Source of the DNA: Gammaproteobacteria bacterium
GTDB lineage: Bacteria > Pseudomonadota > Gammaproteobacteria > Pseudomonadales > JADFDG01
DNA length: 64,000 bases
Assembly (NCBI GenBank): GCA_046566505.1
Contig: JBKHWN010000159.1
Location: forward strand, 4,618-68,617
Reading direction: 5' to 3'
Shown: positions 8,739 to 17,185 of the stretch, in pieces
Layout of the letters: every line of letters begins with the position of its first letter
How positions within the stretch are numbered: the stretch's first letter is position 1
Program-made: the position numbers and the translations under genes
Notes under the pieces: generated by a model
Database searches by the model: none
Seen by the model: the letters and a program-made list of their open reading frames with translations, nothing else
Told to the model about the DNA's origin: nothing

Positions 8739-9908
8739 CTATGCCTTGAGTCGCTTCTTGCCGGTCAGAAGAACGGCCATCAGGGCCTTCTTCTGACTTT
8801 CGAGCGCAGTTTTCTTTGCGATGAGCAAACGCAACTCCGTATCGGCCGCACCCAGAACCCTTGCAATCGCCGCCTGTTCCTTGGGGTCCGGCACAAGGAT
8901 GGATGCGTCCAAAAATTCGTCCACCTGAATTCTTCGGGCTTTTCGGCCGCCCTCCGCAGCGCCGGAGAATTGCGCGTAGAAGCTGGTTTGCCCAACGAAG
9001 CTCAGGAAGAATTCCGGGTTAATTCCGGGAGAGAAATCAAAGGCGGGAAGATCGAGCGTTGATTCGTATCCGTCCAGGCTGGGAGGAACGATGCCGAAAG
9101 CGCCATTTAGAAAATCAAGTTTTCCGTAAATAAATTGCCCGGCCTTACGACGGTAATACTTGGTGTTGTCGCTGCCGACCATGCGCTCTGAGCGCGGAAC
9201 CACGCCGTTCCCGTAGAGCTTAACAGTAAGCTTTCTTGCAGAGCTTCCGTCCGATCCGGGATTTCGGCTTTCAGTCAGGAAGGATCGGATTTGGGTCTGT
9301 GCCCACGGAGTCTTGAATCCTGGCAGGCGCATTTTACCAGTGAGCAGTTTCTGCATCAGCGCTTGCTTGCGTTGTTGTTTGGCGGCGATCAGGGATTCGG
9401 TGGTCGAAATTGCAACCTCCCATGAAACTACGGCCTTTGAGATGCGTGCTTGCTCCGCAGGCGTAGGAACGCCAACCTCTTGATCGAGGATGTCGTCACG
9501 GCGGACGTGCAGGAGGCTACTCTTAAACCCGTGGGCGTTTTCCTCGATCCTTTGAGTTACATCCATCAGCGCAAGGTAAAGCCATGATTTCTCGACCCCC
9601 GGCTTGGGGTGAACCTTGAATATGTGCTGGTTCAATACGCCGCGCGGGCCATTCCAGATTTTTGGCCCGAATGAAACCCCCTTTACTCCTGCCCAAGCGA
9701 ATAGGATTTGGCCTGGTTCAACCAGCCACCTTTTCTCTGGGTGGCCTTGGAAGTAGTTGAATTCCTTCGACCCGTTCAAATTCTGAATACGAATAATCGG
9801 AAGCCCGGACGATTTCCAGTCAGACGGTTTGAACCCGTTGCCACTTTCGAGGGTGCAAAGGTCGCGTACTAAGGCGACGCTCCATCCACTAGGAATCATT
9901 GCGACCAC
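8739..9908 (-). CDS. hsdS: Type I restriction enzyme S subunit (full length, two target-recognition domains)
   Basis: 389 aa. Has two conserved helical spacer regions (...AAKQQRKQALMQKLLTGKMRLPGF and ...ESQKKALMAVLLTGKKRLKA) that separate two variable domains. Confidence 0.9.
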   Translation of the reverse strand: MVAMIPSGWSVALVRDLCTLESGNGFKPSDWKSSGLPIIRIQNLNGSKEFNYFQGHPEKRWLVEPGQILFAWAGVKGVSFGPKIWNGPRGVLNQHIFKVHPKPGVEKSWLYLALMDVTQRIEENAHGFKSSLLHVRRDDILDQEVGVPTPAEQARISKAVVSWEVAISTTESLIAAKQQRKQALMQKLLTGKMRLPGFKTPWAQTQIRSFLTESRNPGSDGSSARKLTVKLYGNGVVPRSERMVGSDNTKYYRRKAGQFIYGKLDFLNGAFGIVPPSLDGYESTLDLPAFDFSPGINPEFFLSFVGQTSFYAQFSGAAEGGRKARRIQVDEFLDASILVPDPKEQAAIARVLGAADTELRLLIAKKTALESQKKALMAVLLTGKKRLKA

Positions 9909-10953
9909 CTTTTTTCGTCTTGCCTGCCTTCTCTAGCTTCTTGCTCTTGGTAATGGCCTCGACGAAATGCTTTTCCACCGGGCTTATTTCTGCCAACTGT
10001 GCCTGGCGGAATTTCTCGAACTCGATATGCGCTTTCTTCAGCGCCGTATCGTTGCTGATCCTGCCGGCATGGGTCAGGATGTCGCGCTCAGAAAGCCGCA
10101 GGAAGTCGTCGAGCTTTGAGACCCAGTCGGACATGCGCATCGCCCTTCGGCTTAGCGCCTGTAGTTCGGCGAACTCCAGGTAGAACGTGACGATCCGGTT
10201 CAGGGTGTCGAGCTCTTCGGTATTCAAGTAGTTCTTCGCCACCTCCGTATCGGCCTTGCGCGGCTTGTCGCCCTGCCAGCTCGTCAGGCCCATGTTGGGC
10301 TGCGTGGCGTCGGCGCGGCGCGCAATGACTTCGGCGGCAGTGTGACCGTGGGCAGCCCAGTGCATCTTGTTTTGCACCGTTGCGAAGAATAGCTGCGAGG
10401 TGTCCGTTTTCGGGTCGTAGTCGATGCTGGTGGCGTAGATCTCCAGCACCTTTTTCCAGAAGACTTTCTCCGAGCTGCGGATGTCGCGAATCCGCGCCAG
10501 CAACTCGTCGAAGTAATGGGTCTGCCCGGCCGCCTTGAGGCGGTCGTCGTCCATGGCGAAGCCCTTGATCAGGTATTCGCGCAGGCGCTGGGTCGCCCAG
10601 ATACGGAACTGGGTGCCGCGCCGGGACTTCACGCGGTAGCCGACCGAGATAATGACGTCCAGGTTGTAGAACTCGATGACCCGCTCGACCTGGCGCCCCC
10701 CCTCCGGCTGAACCGTTGCAAAATCTGCAACAGTTGCCTCCCGGAGCAGTTCCCCCTCCTCGAACACATTGCGAATGTGGCGGGAAATCACGGACTTATC
10801 GCGGCCGAACAGGTCCGCCATCTGCTGCAGGCTCAGCCAGACGGTCTCGCCGGCCATGCGCACCTCGATGCGCGACTGGCCGTCCTCGGTCTGGTAGAGC
10901 AGGAACTCGGAGCCGGACGGTGCGCCGGGCACGCCGATGGGGTTCTCAGACAT
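9889..10953 (-). CDS. rhuM: RhuM-family protein inserted between hsdM and hsdS
   Basis: FLLYQTEDGQSRIEVRMAGETVWLSLQQMADLFGRDKSVISRHIRNVF... is the typical RhuM N-terminus. I place the start at the ATG at 10953 (MSENPIG), an 8-nt overlap with the hsdM stop, rather than the track start at 11022. Confidence 0.8.
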   Translation of the reverse strand: MSENPIGVPGAPSGSEFLLYQTEDGQSRIEVRMAGETVWLSLQQMADLFGRDKSVISRHIRNVFEEGELLREATVADFATVQPEGGRQVERVIEFYNLDVIISVGYRVKSRRGTQFRIWATQRLREYLIKGFAMDDDRLKAAGQTHYFDELLARIRDIRSSEKVFWKKVLEIYATSIDYDPKTDTSQLFFATVQNKMHWAAHGHTAAEVIARRADATQPNMGLTSWQGDKPRKADTEVAKNYLNTEELDTLNRIVTFYLEFAELQALSRRAMRMSDWVSKLDDFLRLSERDILTHAGRISNDTALKKAHIEFEKFRQAQLAEISPVEKHFVEAITKSKKLEKAGKTKKGGRNDS

Positions 10954-12466
10954 AGCCGAGCTCCTTGAGGTAGCCGGCCATTTCCTTCTGTACGTCCTTG
11001 AGTTGCGCCTCCAGGGTGGCAATCTCCTTCTGTACCTTGGCCATGTCGATCTCGACTTCTTCCTCGAAGGTATCGACGTAACGCGGAATATTCAGGTTGT
11101 AGTCGTTCTCCTTGATCTCGGCGAGCGTGGCCTTGTGTGCATACTTCTCGACGTTCTTGCGCGCTTGTACGGTCTTGACGATTTTGGCGATGTCGTCCGG
11201 CCGCAGACGGTTCTGGTTCTTGCCGTCCTGGAAATCCCGGCTGGCGTCCACGAATATGACGCTCTTGTCTTTCTTGTTGCGGCGGAAGACGAGGATGGCT
11301 GCCGGGATGCCGGTGCCGTAGAAGAGGTTGGTTGGCAGGCCGATGACGGCGTCCAGCAGGTTCTCGTCGATCAACTGCTGGCGAATGCGGCCTTCGGCGC
11401 CGCCCCGGAACAAGACGCCGTGCGGTACCACGACACCAACGCGTCCGCTGGTGGCGGTTGTTGTTTCGATCATGTGGCTTATGAAGGCGTAGTCCGCCTT
11501 GGACTTCGGCGGTAGGCCACGATGAAAGCGCTGGAAGCTGTCTGTCTGGGCTTCTTCAATGCCCCACTTGTCCAACGAGAAGGGCGGGTTGGCGACGACC
11601 ACCTCGAACTTCATCAGACGGTGTTCTTCGGTCAGCTTCGGGCTGCGCAACGTGTCTCCCCATTCGATGCGGGCGCTGTCCACCCCGTGCAGGAAGAGGT
11701 TCATCTTCGCGAGCGCCCAGGTTTCGCTGTTGTTTTCCTGGCCGAATAGCGAGTAGTCCTTGATGCCCTTCCGGGTCAGTTGGTTTGCGCAGCGCAGCAG
11801 CAGCGAGCCCGAGCCGCAGGTCGGGTCGCAGATGCGTTCGCCAGGTTGCGGGTTAACCAATTCGGCCAACAGTTCGGAGACTTCTGCCGGGGTGTAGAAT
11901 TCCCCGGCCTTCTTACCGGCACCTGCGGCAAAGCGAGCGATCAGGTATTCGTAGGCGTTGCCGATCACGTCCAGATTGCCAATGCGGGACGGGCGCAGAT
12001 TCAGCCGGGCATCGTTGAAGTCCTCAAGCAGCATCTTCAGGCGTGCATTGCGGTCCTTGGTCTGGCCGAGGTTGGCTTCCGAGTTGAAGTCGATGTTGCG
12101 GAAAACGCCAGCCAACTTCTTCTTGTTGGCATCCTCTATGGCTTCCAGGGCGATGTTGATCAGCTCGCCAATGTTGGGCTTGTTGCGCTGCTCGTAGAGG
12201 TCGCGAAAGCTGGCCCCTTTGGGAAGCACGAAGCGGTCGCGCTCGAGGCGCCGGCGGATCGCGGCATCGTCACCCTTGTGCTTGGCGCTGAGTTCTTCGT
12301 AGTGCTCATCCCAGACGTCGCTGATGTATTTCACGAAGAGCGTAACGAGGATGTACGCCTTGTACTGCGAGGCGTCTATCACGCCCCGAAAGGTGTCGCA
12401 TGCCTTCCAGACGATGTTGTTGATTTCGTCCTGGTTGATCGGCGGGGTCTTTGCGCTCTTGCTCAT
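10946..12466 (-). CDS. hsdM: Type I restriction enzyme M subunit (N6-adenine methyltransferase)
   Basis: 506 aa. Catalytic motif VVANPPFS; AdoMet motif DPTCGSGSLL; HsdM N-terminal domain. Confidence 0.95.
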   Translation of the reverse strand: MSKSAKTPPINQDEINNIVWKACDTFRGVIDASQYKAYILVTLFVKYISDVWDEHYEELSAKHKGDDAAIRRRLERDRFVLPKGASFRDLYEQRNKPNIGELINIALEAIEDANKKKLAGVFRNIDFNSEANLGQTKDRNARLKMLLEDFNDARLNLRPSRIGNLDVIGNAYEYLIARFAAGAGKKAGEFYTPAEVSELLAELVNPQPGERICDPTCGSGSLLLRCANQLTRKGIKDYSLFGQENNSETWALAKMNLFLHGVDSARIEWGDTLRSPKLTEEHRLMKFEVVVANPPFSLDKWGIEEAQTDSFQRFHRGLPPKSKADYAFISHMIETTTATSGRVGVVVPHGVLFRGGAEGRIRQQLIDENLLDAVIGLPTNLFYGTGIPAAILVFRRNKKDKSVIFVDASRDFQDGKNQNRLRPDDIAKIVKTVQARKNVEKYAHKATLAEIKENDYNLNIPRYVDTFEEEVEIDMAKVQKEIATLEAQLKDVQKEMAGYLKELGYV

Positions 12467-13080
12467 GGTTGCTTTCCTTCGGCGAGTCGGGCGAGCGCGG
12501 CATTCAGCCAGCGCCCCTTGAGGGTGGTGAGTTGTTCGGTCAGTTCCTTTTCCCGTCGCCAGGCAGCCGCCACCGTGGCGATACGCTGCTGGATCTCCAT
12601 GGGGGGGAGTGGAACTGCAAGTTGCGACAGCGAGTGTCGCGGGACGTATTGGACGACGGCTCCGGTAGCAGAGCCCTTCAGATAGGCTTGGGCCGTTTCT
12701 TCATTGATGACCCAGGCGAGGTATTCGGGGGCCAGGAGGGATCGGTCCTTGATGCGTAGGATCGCAAGGTGCGGGCTGGCGACCGTTTGCCGGGGGGCGT
12801 CCCCCAGCGCTACGGCAAAGAAGCGGCTTCCCTTGCCAGAGAACAGCACATCTCCGGCCTGAAGCCAGGCCTCGTCTCTCACGTCCGCCAGGTCGGTAGG
12901 TGTCAGGGTGGCGATATTCAGCCCTCGCTCCGGGTCCAGGTCGCGCATCTGAATGATGCGCACGGCGCCCCCGGGGCGGTAGACAACCCGCTCCCGCAAT
13001 GGGATGCCGTTATGGATGGAGGCCAAAGCCTCCAGGGGTCTGGTCGGCAATTTTTGAGGCTCCTTCGCCTTTGATGACAA
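12463..13080 (-). CDS. Half-size type I S subunit (single target-recognition domain plus one conserved helix)
   Basis: 205 aa. One TRD-like region, then PPMEIQQRIATVAAAWRREKELTEQLTTLKGRWLNAAL, the conserved coiled-coil of HsdS. 4-nt overlap with the hsdM start. Confidence 0.7.
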   Translation of the reverse strand: MSSKAKEPQKLPTRPLEALASIHNGIPLRERVVYRPGGAVRIIQMRDLDPERGLNIATLTPTDLADVRDEAWLQAGDVLFSGKGSRFFAVALGDAPRQTVASPHLAILRIKDRSLLAPEYLAWVINEETAQAYLKGSATGAVVQYVPRHSLSQLAVPLPPMEIQQRIATVAAAWRREKELTEQLTTLKGRWLNAALARLAEGKQP

Positions 13081-13150
13081 CGCAGCCTAAGGGGTGCTAG
13101 AGTCTGGTGCAAGATATTTTGCATCAATGGCGATGATGGCGGGGGCGGGG

Positions 13151-13756
13151 ATGAAGAAGGATTTGTTTCTCAAGGAGCTGGCCCAGTCGGGCTACAACAT
13201 CGGGTATGCCGCCAAGAAGCACCTAGCGACCTTCGACATCGTCGAAAAAGCGCCGGGCTGGATCACCCTGGCGACCTTGGCCATCGGCATCTTTGCACTG
13301 GTCCTGCCGTCCCTTGAGCATCACCTGATTGCCGCATTGGTCATCGTGGTCGGCGTTGCCTCGATGTACTTCGGTTTTTATCAGGATTCCCGTGGCGGTT
13401 ACGAAAGGACGGGCAGTCGGCTGACGACGCTGTTCACCGAACTCCGCATGCTCTACGCCGAGGCGCAAAGCCTTGATGACAATGCGGACCTTGAAGGATT
13501 GAAGACCCGGTATAGGGCAATCCTCGAGGAATCGCAGCGTATCGGCATCAGCAAGCAGATTTTTCTCAGCGACTGGTACGCGCACTACAAATTCTTCTGG
13601 CAGGCGCAAACAGGCTGGCTGGACGAGCAACTGCATTTCGAATTCTGGCGAGACAAAGTCCCACTGTCGGCAACCGTTGTTGCCTGCGTGATGGTTATTG
13701 TTGGCCTCTTTGCAGCAGTTTCTGCCCTGGTCATTCACTTCGGTGCATGCCCATGA
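13151..13756 (+). CDS. SLATT-like (family-5-like) membrane effector protein
   Basis: The track ORF starts at a GTG at 13094. I prefer the ATG at 13151 (MKKDLFLKELAQSGYNIGYAAKKHLATFDIVEKAPGW), which follows a G-rich Shine-Dalgarno. Two central TM helices plus one C-terminal TM. Its stop overlaps the start of the downstream NTase (ATGA). Confidence 0.6.
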   Translation: MKKDLFLKELAQSGYNIGYAAKKHLATFDIVEKAPGWITLATLAIGIFALVLPSLEHHLIAALVIVVGVASMYFGFYQDSRGGYERTGSRLTTLFTELRMLYAEAQSLDDNADLEGLKTRYRAILEESQRIGISKQIFLSDWYAHYKFFWQAQTGWLDEQLHFEFWRDKVPLSATVVACVMVIVGLFAAVSALVIHFGACP

Positions 13757-15039
13757 GCGATTCCGAGCTGTTCGAGCAGTTCCGAAAGAATCTCTCGGTG
13801 AGCAATCGCGGAGACATCTCCACCAAATACTGCAACATCACCACCCGGCTAAACGCGGACTTCTGGGATCTGGAGTCCGACACTCGGCACAGCCTTCAGA
13901 TCGGTTCTTACGGCCGCGCCACCGCCATTGACGGCGTCAGCGATCTCGACATGGTGTTCGAGTTGCCCCCGGCAAACCTGGCGCGCTACAAGAGTCTGCA
14001 GGGGAACGGGCCGTCCGCGATGCTGCAGGAGGTGAAGGCTTCCCTTGAGAAGCGCTATCCAAAAACCGATGTTTCGGCGGACGGGCAAATTGTCGGTGTC
14101 AACTTCACAGGCTATCGAGTCGAGGTTCTGCCGGCGTTCCTTGATGAGAACGGGGACTATATTCACGGCGATACCAATGACGGAGGGTCGTGGAAGACGA
14201 CAAAGCCGCGACCAGAGATTCAGGCAATCAACGACCTGAACAAGAAGACGAATGGGAACCTCAAGGATTTGTGCATGATGCTGCGCGCCTGGAAGAACCG
14301 GGCAGGAGTAGGCATTGGCGGGCTGCTCATCGATACATTGACCTACAATTTCTGCAGTCAGCATGCTGGTATCGAGAATTTGACGTACCGCGACTACCCG
14401 ACTCTTATGGTTTCGCTGTTCACCCATCTGGGTGGCTTGCCGGATCAGGATTACTGGCTGGCTCCGGGAAGCAATCAGCGGGTACGGTGCAAGGCAAAGT
14501 TTCAAGCTAAGGCAAGGAAGGCGGCTGCCCGTTGTCAGGAGGCTGTCGACGCGACATCGGAAAATGCGCGGTCACGTCTTTGGAAAAAGGTTTTTGGACG
14601 CCCATTCCCGCAGCCGGAGGTTCAGCGGTTGGTGGAGTCGGCTTCAATCCCGAAAACGGAAGCGTTTATTGAAGATAAGTTCCCTGTCGATATTCGATAT
14701 AGCCTGGAGCTGGATTGTGAGGTGACTGAAAAGGGAAATCTCCGCGAGATGCTCCGTGGGCTTATCAGCAGTAAGCGAAGGGTCCCAACTGGCAGAGGAC
14801 TTCGCTTCTATGTCTCGGCGTGCGATGTACCCGGCGAATACGCGATATTTTGGAAGGTACGCAATAGAGGAGAAGAGGCCGAACGGAGTGGCAGGCTTCG
14901 GGGTGAAATTTCGTTCGACGAGGGCGGTCGTAAGGAGAAGCGAGAGACCGCAGACTTCCCGGGCGATCATTACGTCGAAGCATATGCAGTCAAAAATGGT
15001 GTCTGCGTTGCGCGGTGCAGAATTGCAGTGCCGATTTAA
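13747..15039 (+). CDS. SMODS-type nucleotidyltransferase with a C-terminal AGS-C-like sensor domain
   Basis: LQIGSYGRATAIDGVSDLDMVFELP gives GS-x11-DxD, and YRVEVLPAF gives the third acidic residue. A ~140-aa C-terminal extension follows (...LRFYVSACDVPGEYAIFWKVRNRGEEAE...). 430 aa. An alternative ATG at 13753 forms an ATGA overlap. Confidence 0.7.
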   Translation: MPMSDSELFEQFRKNLSVSNRGDISTKYCNITTRLNADFWDLESDTRHSLQIGSYGRATAIDGVSDLDMVFELPPANLARYKSLQGNGPSAMLQEVKASLEKRYPKTDVSADGQIVGVNFTGYRVEVLPAFLDENGDYIHGDTNDGGSWKTTKPRPEIQAINDLNKKTNGNLKDLCMMLRAWKNRAGVGIGGLLIDTLTYNFCSQHAGIENLTYRDYPTLMVSLFTHLGGLPDQDYWLAPGSNQRVRCKAKFQAKARKAAARCQEAVDATSENARSRLWKKVFGRPFPQPEVQRLVESASIPKTEAFIEDKFPVDIRYSLELDCEVTEKGNLREMLRGLISSKRRVPTGRGLRFYVSACDVPGEYAIFWKVRNRGEEAERSGRLRGEISFDEGGRKEKRETADFPGDHYVEAYAVKNGVCVARCRIAVPI

Positions 15040-15052
15040 TCTCGTAGGAACC

Positions 15053-15091
15053 AAAAAAAGAGGGTCAGCCAGCCGCCGGCGGAGCTGACCC
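15053..15091 (-). terminator. Rho-independent terminator between convergent genes
   Basis: GGGTCAGC (15062-15069) pairs with GCTGACCC (15084-15091). The loop contains a CCGCCGGCGG palindrome. The A7 run at 15053-15059 gives a U-tract on the minus strand. Confidence 0.6.
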
Positions 15092-15119
15092 TCACGCCCA
15101 AGGGGTCTGGTGACCCCGC

Positions 15120-16031
15120 TCAGGCCTGGTTTTGCGCCGGGGCAGGGGTGGAGCGTTGCTCCAGTCGCTGGCGCAGGCCCCCGGAGGGGACGGCGGTCAC
15201 GCCGGCCGGCGCAGGGGTGTCCGTGTCGGTCGGCGGGTAGAACTCCTCCAGGATCTCCGGCCCTTCCTCCTCGCTGAACTCGAAGGCCGCGTTACCGAAG
15301 CCCGCCTGAGCAGCGGCATCCAGTGCCGGCTGGTCCAATCCCGCTTCCAGGCGCCTGGCCGCCAAGGCTTTTGCCTCCGTGATGGCTTCCTCCAGCGACA
15401 TACCCTCCCGCACCCCCAGATCCACGTAGTAGATCGCCCCCCGATGGCTCTGGGTAGTGCTCTTGCCCCGCAGCCGTAGTTCCAGCGGCAGGCAAGCGAG
15501 CAGGTTCCCTGACACCGCCTTGTAGTAGCTCAACCGTGCCGCCAGCGTGCGAATCGAGTTGAACCCCGTGGTACGGAAGATGAACGTCCCGACCTCGTCG
15601 TCGTCTCCGATCCGGACGTTGAGGCGGCCATACGGCTTGCACATCCCGCCCTTGGCCAACTCGCAGACATCAGGAGACGGGCACGGAAGTGTCTGGACGC
15701 CAGCGGACGTTACGCGTCGGCACGTTTCCCCGTTGCCCACGCAGACCGGTCGCCCCGTCTGCCGGTCGAACATCGAATATTCCGCCCGCAGGTTCAGGTC
15801 GGGGTCGTTGAACAGCATGCGCACCGGGATGCTGCGCAGCTTCCCGTTCGGCGCGTTCTTGCGCAGCTCCTCGTCGTAGGGGTGCGGCACCCAGGCGCCG
15901 GCCACCTGGACCTGGGTGGTGATGGTGAACTGGTCGTCCTTCTCGGGCAGTCGCTTGCCATTCTTCTCGACGACACGCCCGATGCTGATTCGCCCGAGCA
16001 CGGGCGGGGTGATCGCAAGGCCTTTGATCAT
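15120..16031 (-). CDS. Conserved island protein with a Cys cluster (possible metal-binding); putative partner of the YqaJ exonuclease
   Basis: 303 aa. Cys cluster in CVGNGETC...LPCPSPDVCELAKGGMC. Acidic, Pro-rich tail. Lies directly downstream of yqaJ in the same orientation. Function not assignable from sequence alone. Confidence 0.5.
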   Translation of the reverse strand: MIKGLAITPPVLGRISIGRVVEKNGKRLPEKDDQFTITTQVQVAGAWVPHPYDEELRKNAPNGKLRSIPVRMLFNDPDLNLRAEYSMFDRQTGRPVCVGNGETCRRVTSAGVQTLPCPSPDVCELAKGGMCKPYGRLNVRIGDDDEVGTFIFRTTGFNSIRTLAARLSYYKAVSGNLLACLPLELRLRGKSTTQSHRGAIYYVDLGVREGMSLEEAITEAKALAARRLEAGLDQPALDAAAQAGFGNAAFEFSEEEGPEILEEFYPPTDTDTPAPAGVTAVPSGGLRQRLEQRSTPAPAQNQA

Positions 16032-16091
16032 GGTCGTTCTCCCAAATGGGGTATGCGCAGGCCGGCATAGCCGGCACCGCGCGTCGAGGGT

Positions 16092-17009
16092 TCAGGGGTT
16101 GATGACGAACCGGCGGCTGCCGGCTTTGTTGCGTTTCCAGCTCACGGCGCCGGTGGCGAACCGGGCGTAACTGGCTTCGCCCATCCGTTCCTGGATGCGC
16201 TGCTTGAGTTGGGCTTCCAGCTCCTTGCGGGCTTCGATCTCGGCGCGAACCGAAACCAGGTCAGCAAACGACTCGGTGAACGTCGGGTCCTCGCTGAGGT
16301 CCAGCATCTGGCCGCGATCAAACGGGTAGAGGGCCTGCAGCGCCTTGCCCGCGGAATCCGAGCCATCCGCCGGCGGTGGGGTATCGGTGATGACGTACTG
16401 CCAGAAGCGCCGTTCCAGCTCGATCAGCCGGTCGATGACTTCCTCGTCCCGCTCGATCCGGTGGATCTCGATCTTCTGGCCGTGCAGCAGCACGCACACA
16501 TCCGCCGCCTGCCGGCCGGTGACCGCCAACTGATGCTGGACCTGCACCTGCACGTATTCCGGCGGCCCGTCCCGCCACAGGCGCGAGCCGAACTCACCGG
16601 CCGTCTTGCACTCGAGGATCTGCACGTCCTTGCTGCCGACAATCGAGTAATCGATGTTGGCGAGCATCCAGCCCTTGTCCTCGTCCGGGTGCTGGAGGAT
16701 GGCGTTGGTTTTCCGGACCTTCAGGCCGGTGTGCTTGGTGTAGTGCGCCGCGACGATGGGCTCGAGGATGTTGCCCCAGTAGGTGGGGTGGCTCTCGTCG
16801 TTCGGGTCGATCTTCGGCAGGAGCTCGTCGCGCCCCGTCTTGATCATCCAGAGCTCGAGCGGCGACTGGTACGGGTTCAGGCCAACCGCAGTGGCCGCAT
16901 CGCTGCTGCCGATACCTTGCTTTCGCATGATCAGCCACTCGTCACGGCTCATGCCTTTCGTGGACGCCAGGCGCAGGGCGCGCTGGGGTGTAGGCAGTGC
17001 TTGGTTCAT
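16092..17009 (-). CDS. YqaJ-like (lambda-exonuclease fold) viral recombinase-family exonuclease
   Basis: GIGSSDAATAVGLNPYQSPLELWMIKTGR is the N-terminal YqaJ signature. A downstream D...ECK catalytic pattern is present (VQILECKTAG). GGAGA Shine-Dalgarno. Confidence 0.85.
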   Translation of the reverse strand: MNQALPTPQRALRLASTKGMSRDEWLIMRKQGIGSSDAATAVGLNPYQSPLELWMIKTGRDELLPKIDPNDESHPTYWGNILEPIVAAHYTKHTGLKVRKTNAILQHPDEDKGWMLANIDYSIVGSKDVQILECKTAGEFGSRLWRDGPPEYVQVQVQHQLAVTGRQAADVCVLLHGQKIEIHRIERDEEVIDRLIELERRFWQYVITDTPPPADGSDSAGKALQALYPFDRGQMLDLSEDPTFTESFADLVSVRAEIEARKELEAQLKQRIQERMGEASYARFATGAVSWKRNKAGSRRFVINP

Positions 17010-17020
17010 GGGTTTCTCCA

Positions 17021-17060
17021 GACAACAAAAAACCCGGCGGGGCGTGAGCCCGGCCGGGTT
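17021..17060 (-). terminator. Intrinsic terminator-like hairpin abutting the yqaJ ribosome-binding site
   Basis: AACCCGGCGGGGC / GCCCGGCCGGGTT forms a 13-bp stem with one mismatch and a GTGA loop. On the minus strand it is followed by TTTTGTTGTC. A second perfect 10-bp hairpin (GAAGCCGGGC-ATGC-GCCCGGCTTC) lies at 17107-17130. Confidence 0.55.
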
Positions 17061-17185
17061 GAGGGGGTAGGTGGTCAGGTGTTCGTTACGGTGCGCAAGA
17101 AACGACGAAGCCGGGCATGCGCCCGGCTTCCAGAGTTGACCCTAGCCCTGATGGGCTCGGGCCTGCCTGAACCCGATGGGGCCTA

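Noticed and set aside
10954-11022. Track start (11022) of the RhuM-family ORF
   Set aside because: That start would overlap the hsdM 3' end by 77 nt with an Arg/Trp-rich extension. The ATG at 10953 gives the conserved MSENP... start and an 8-nt coupling overlap.
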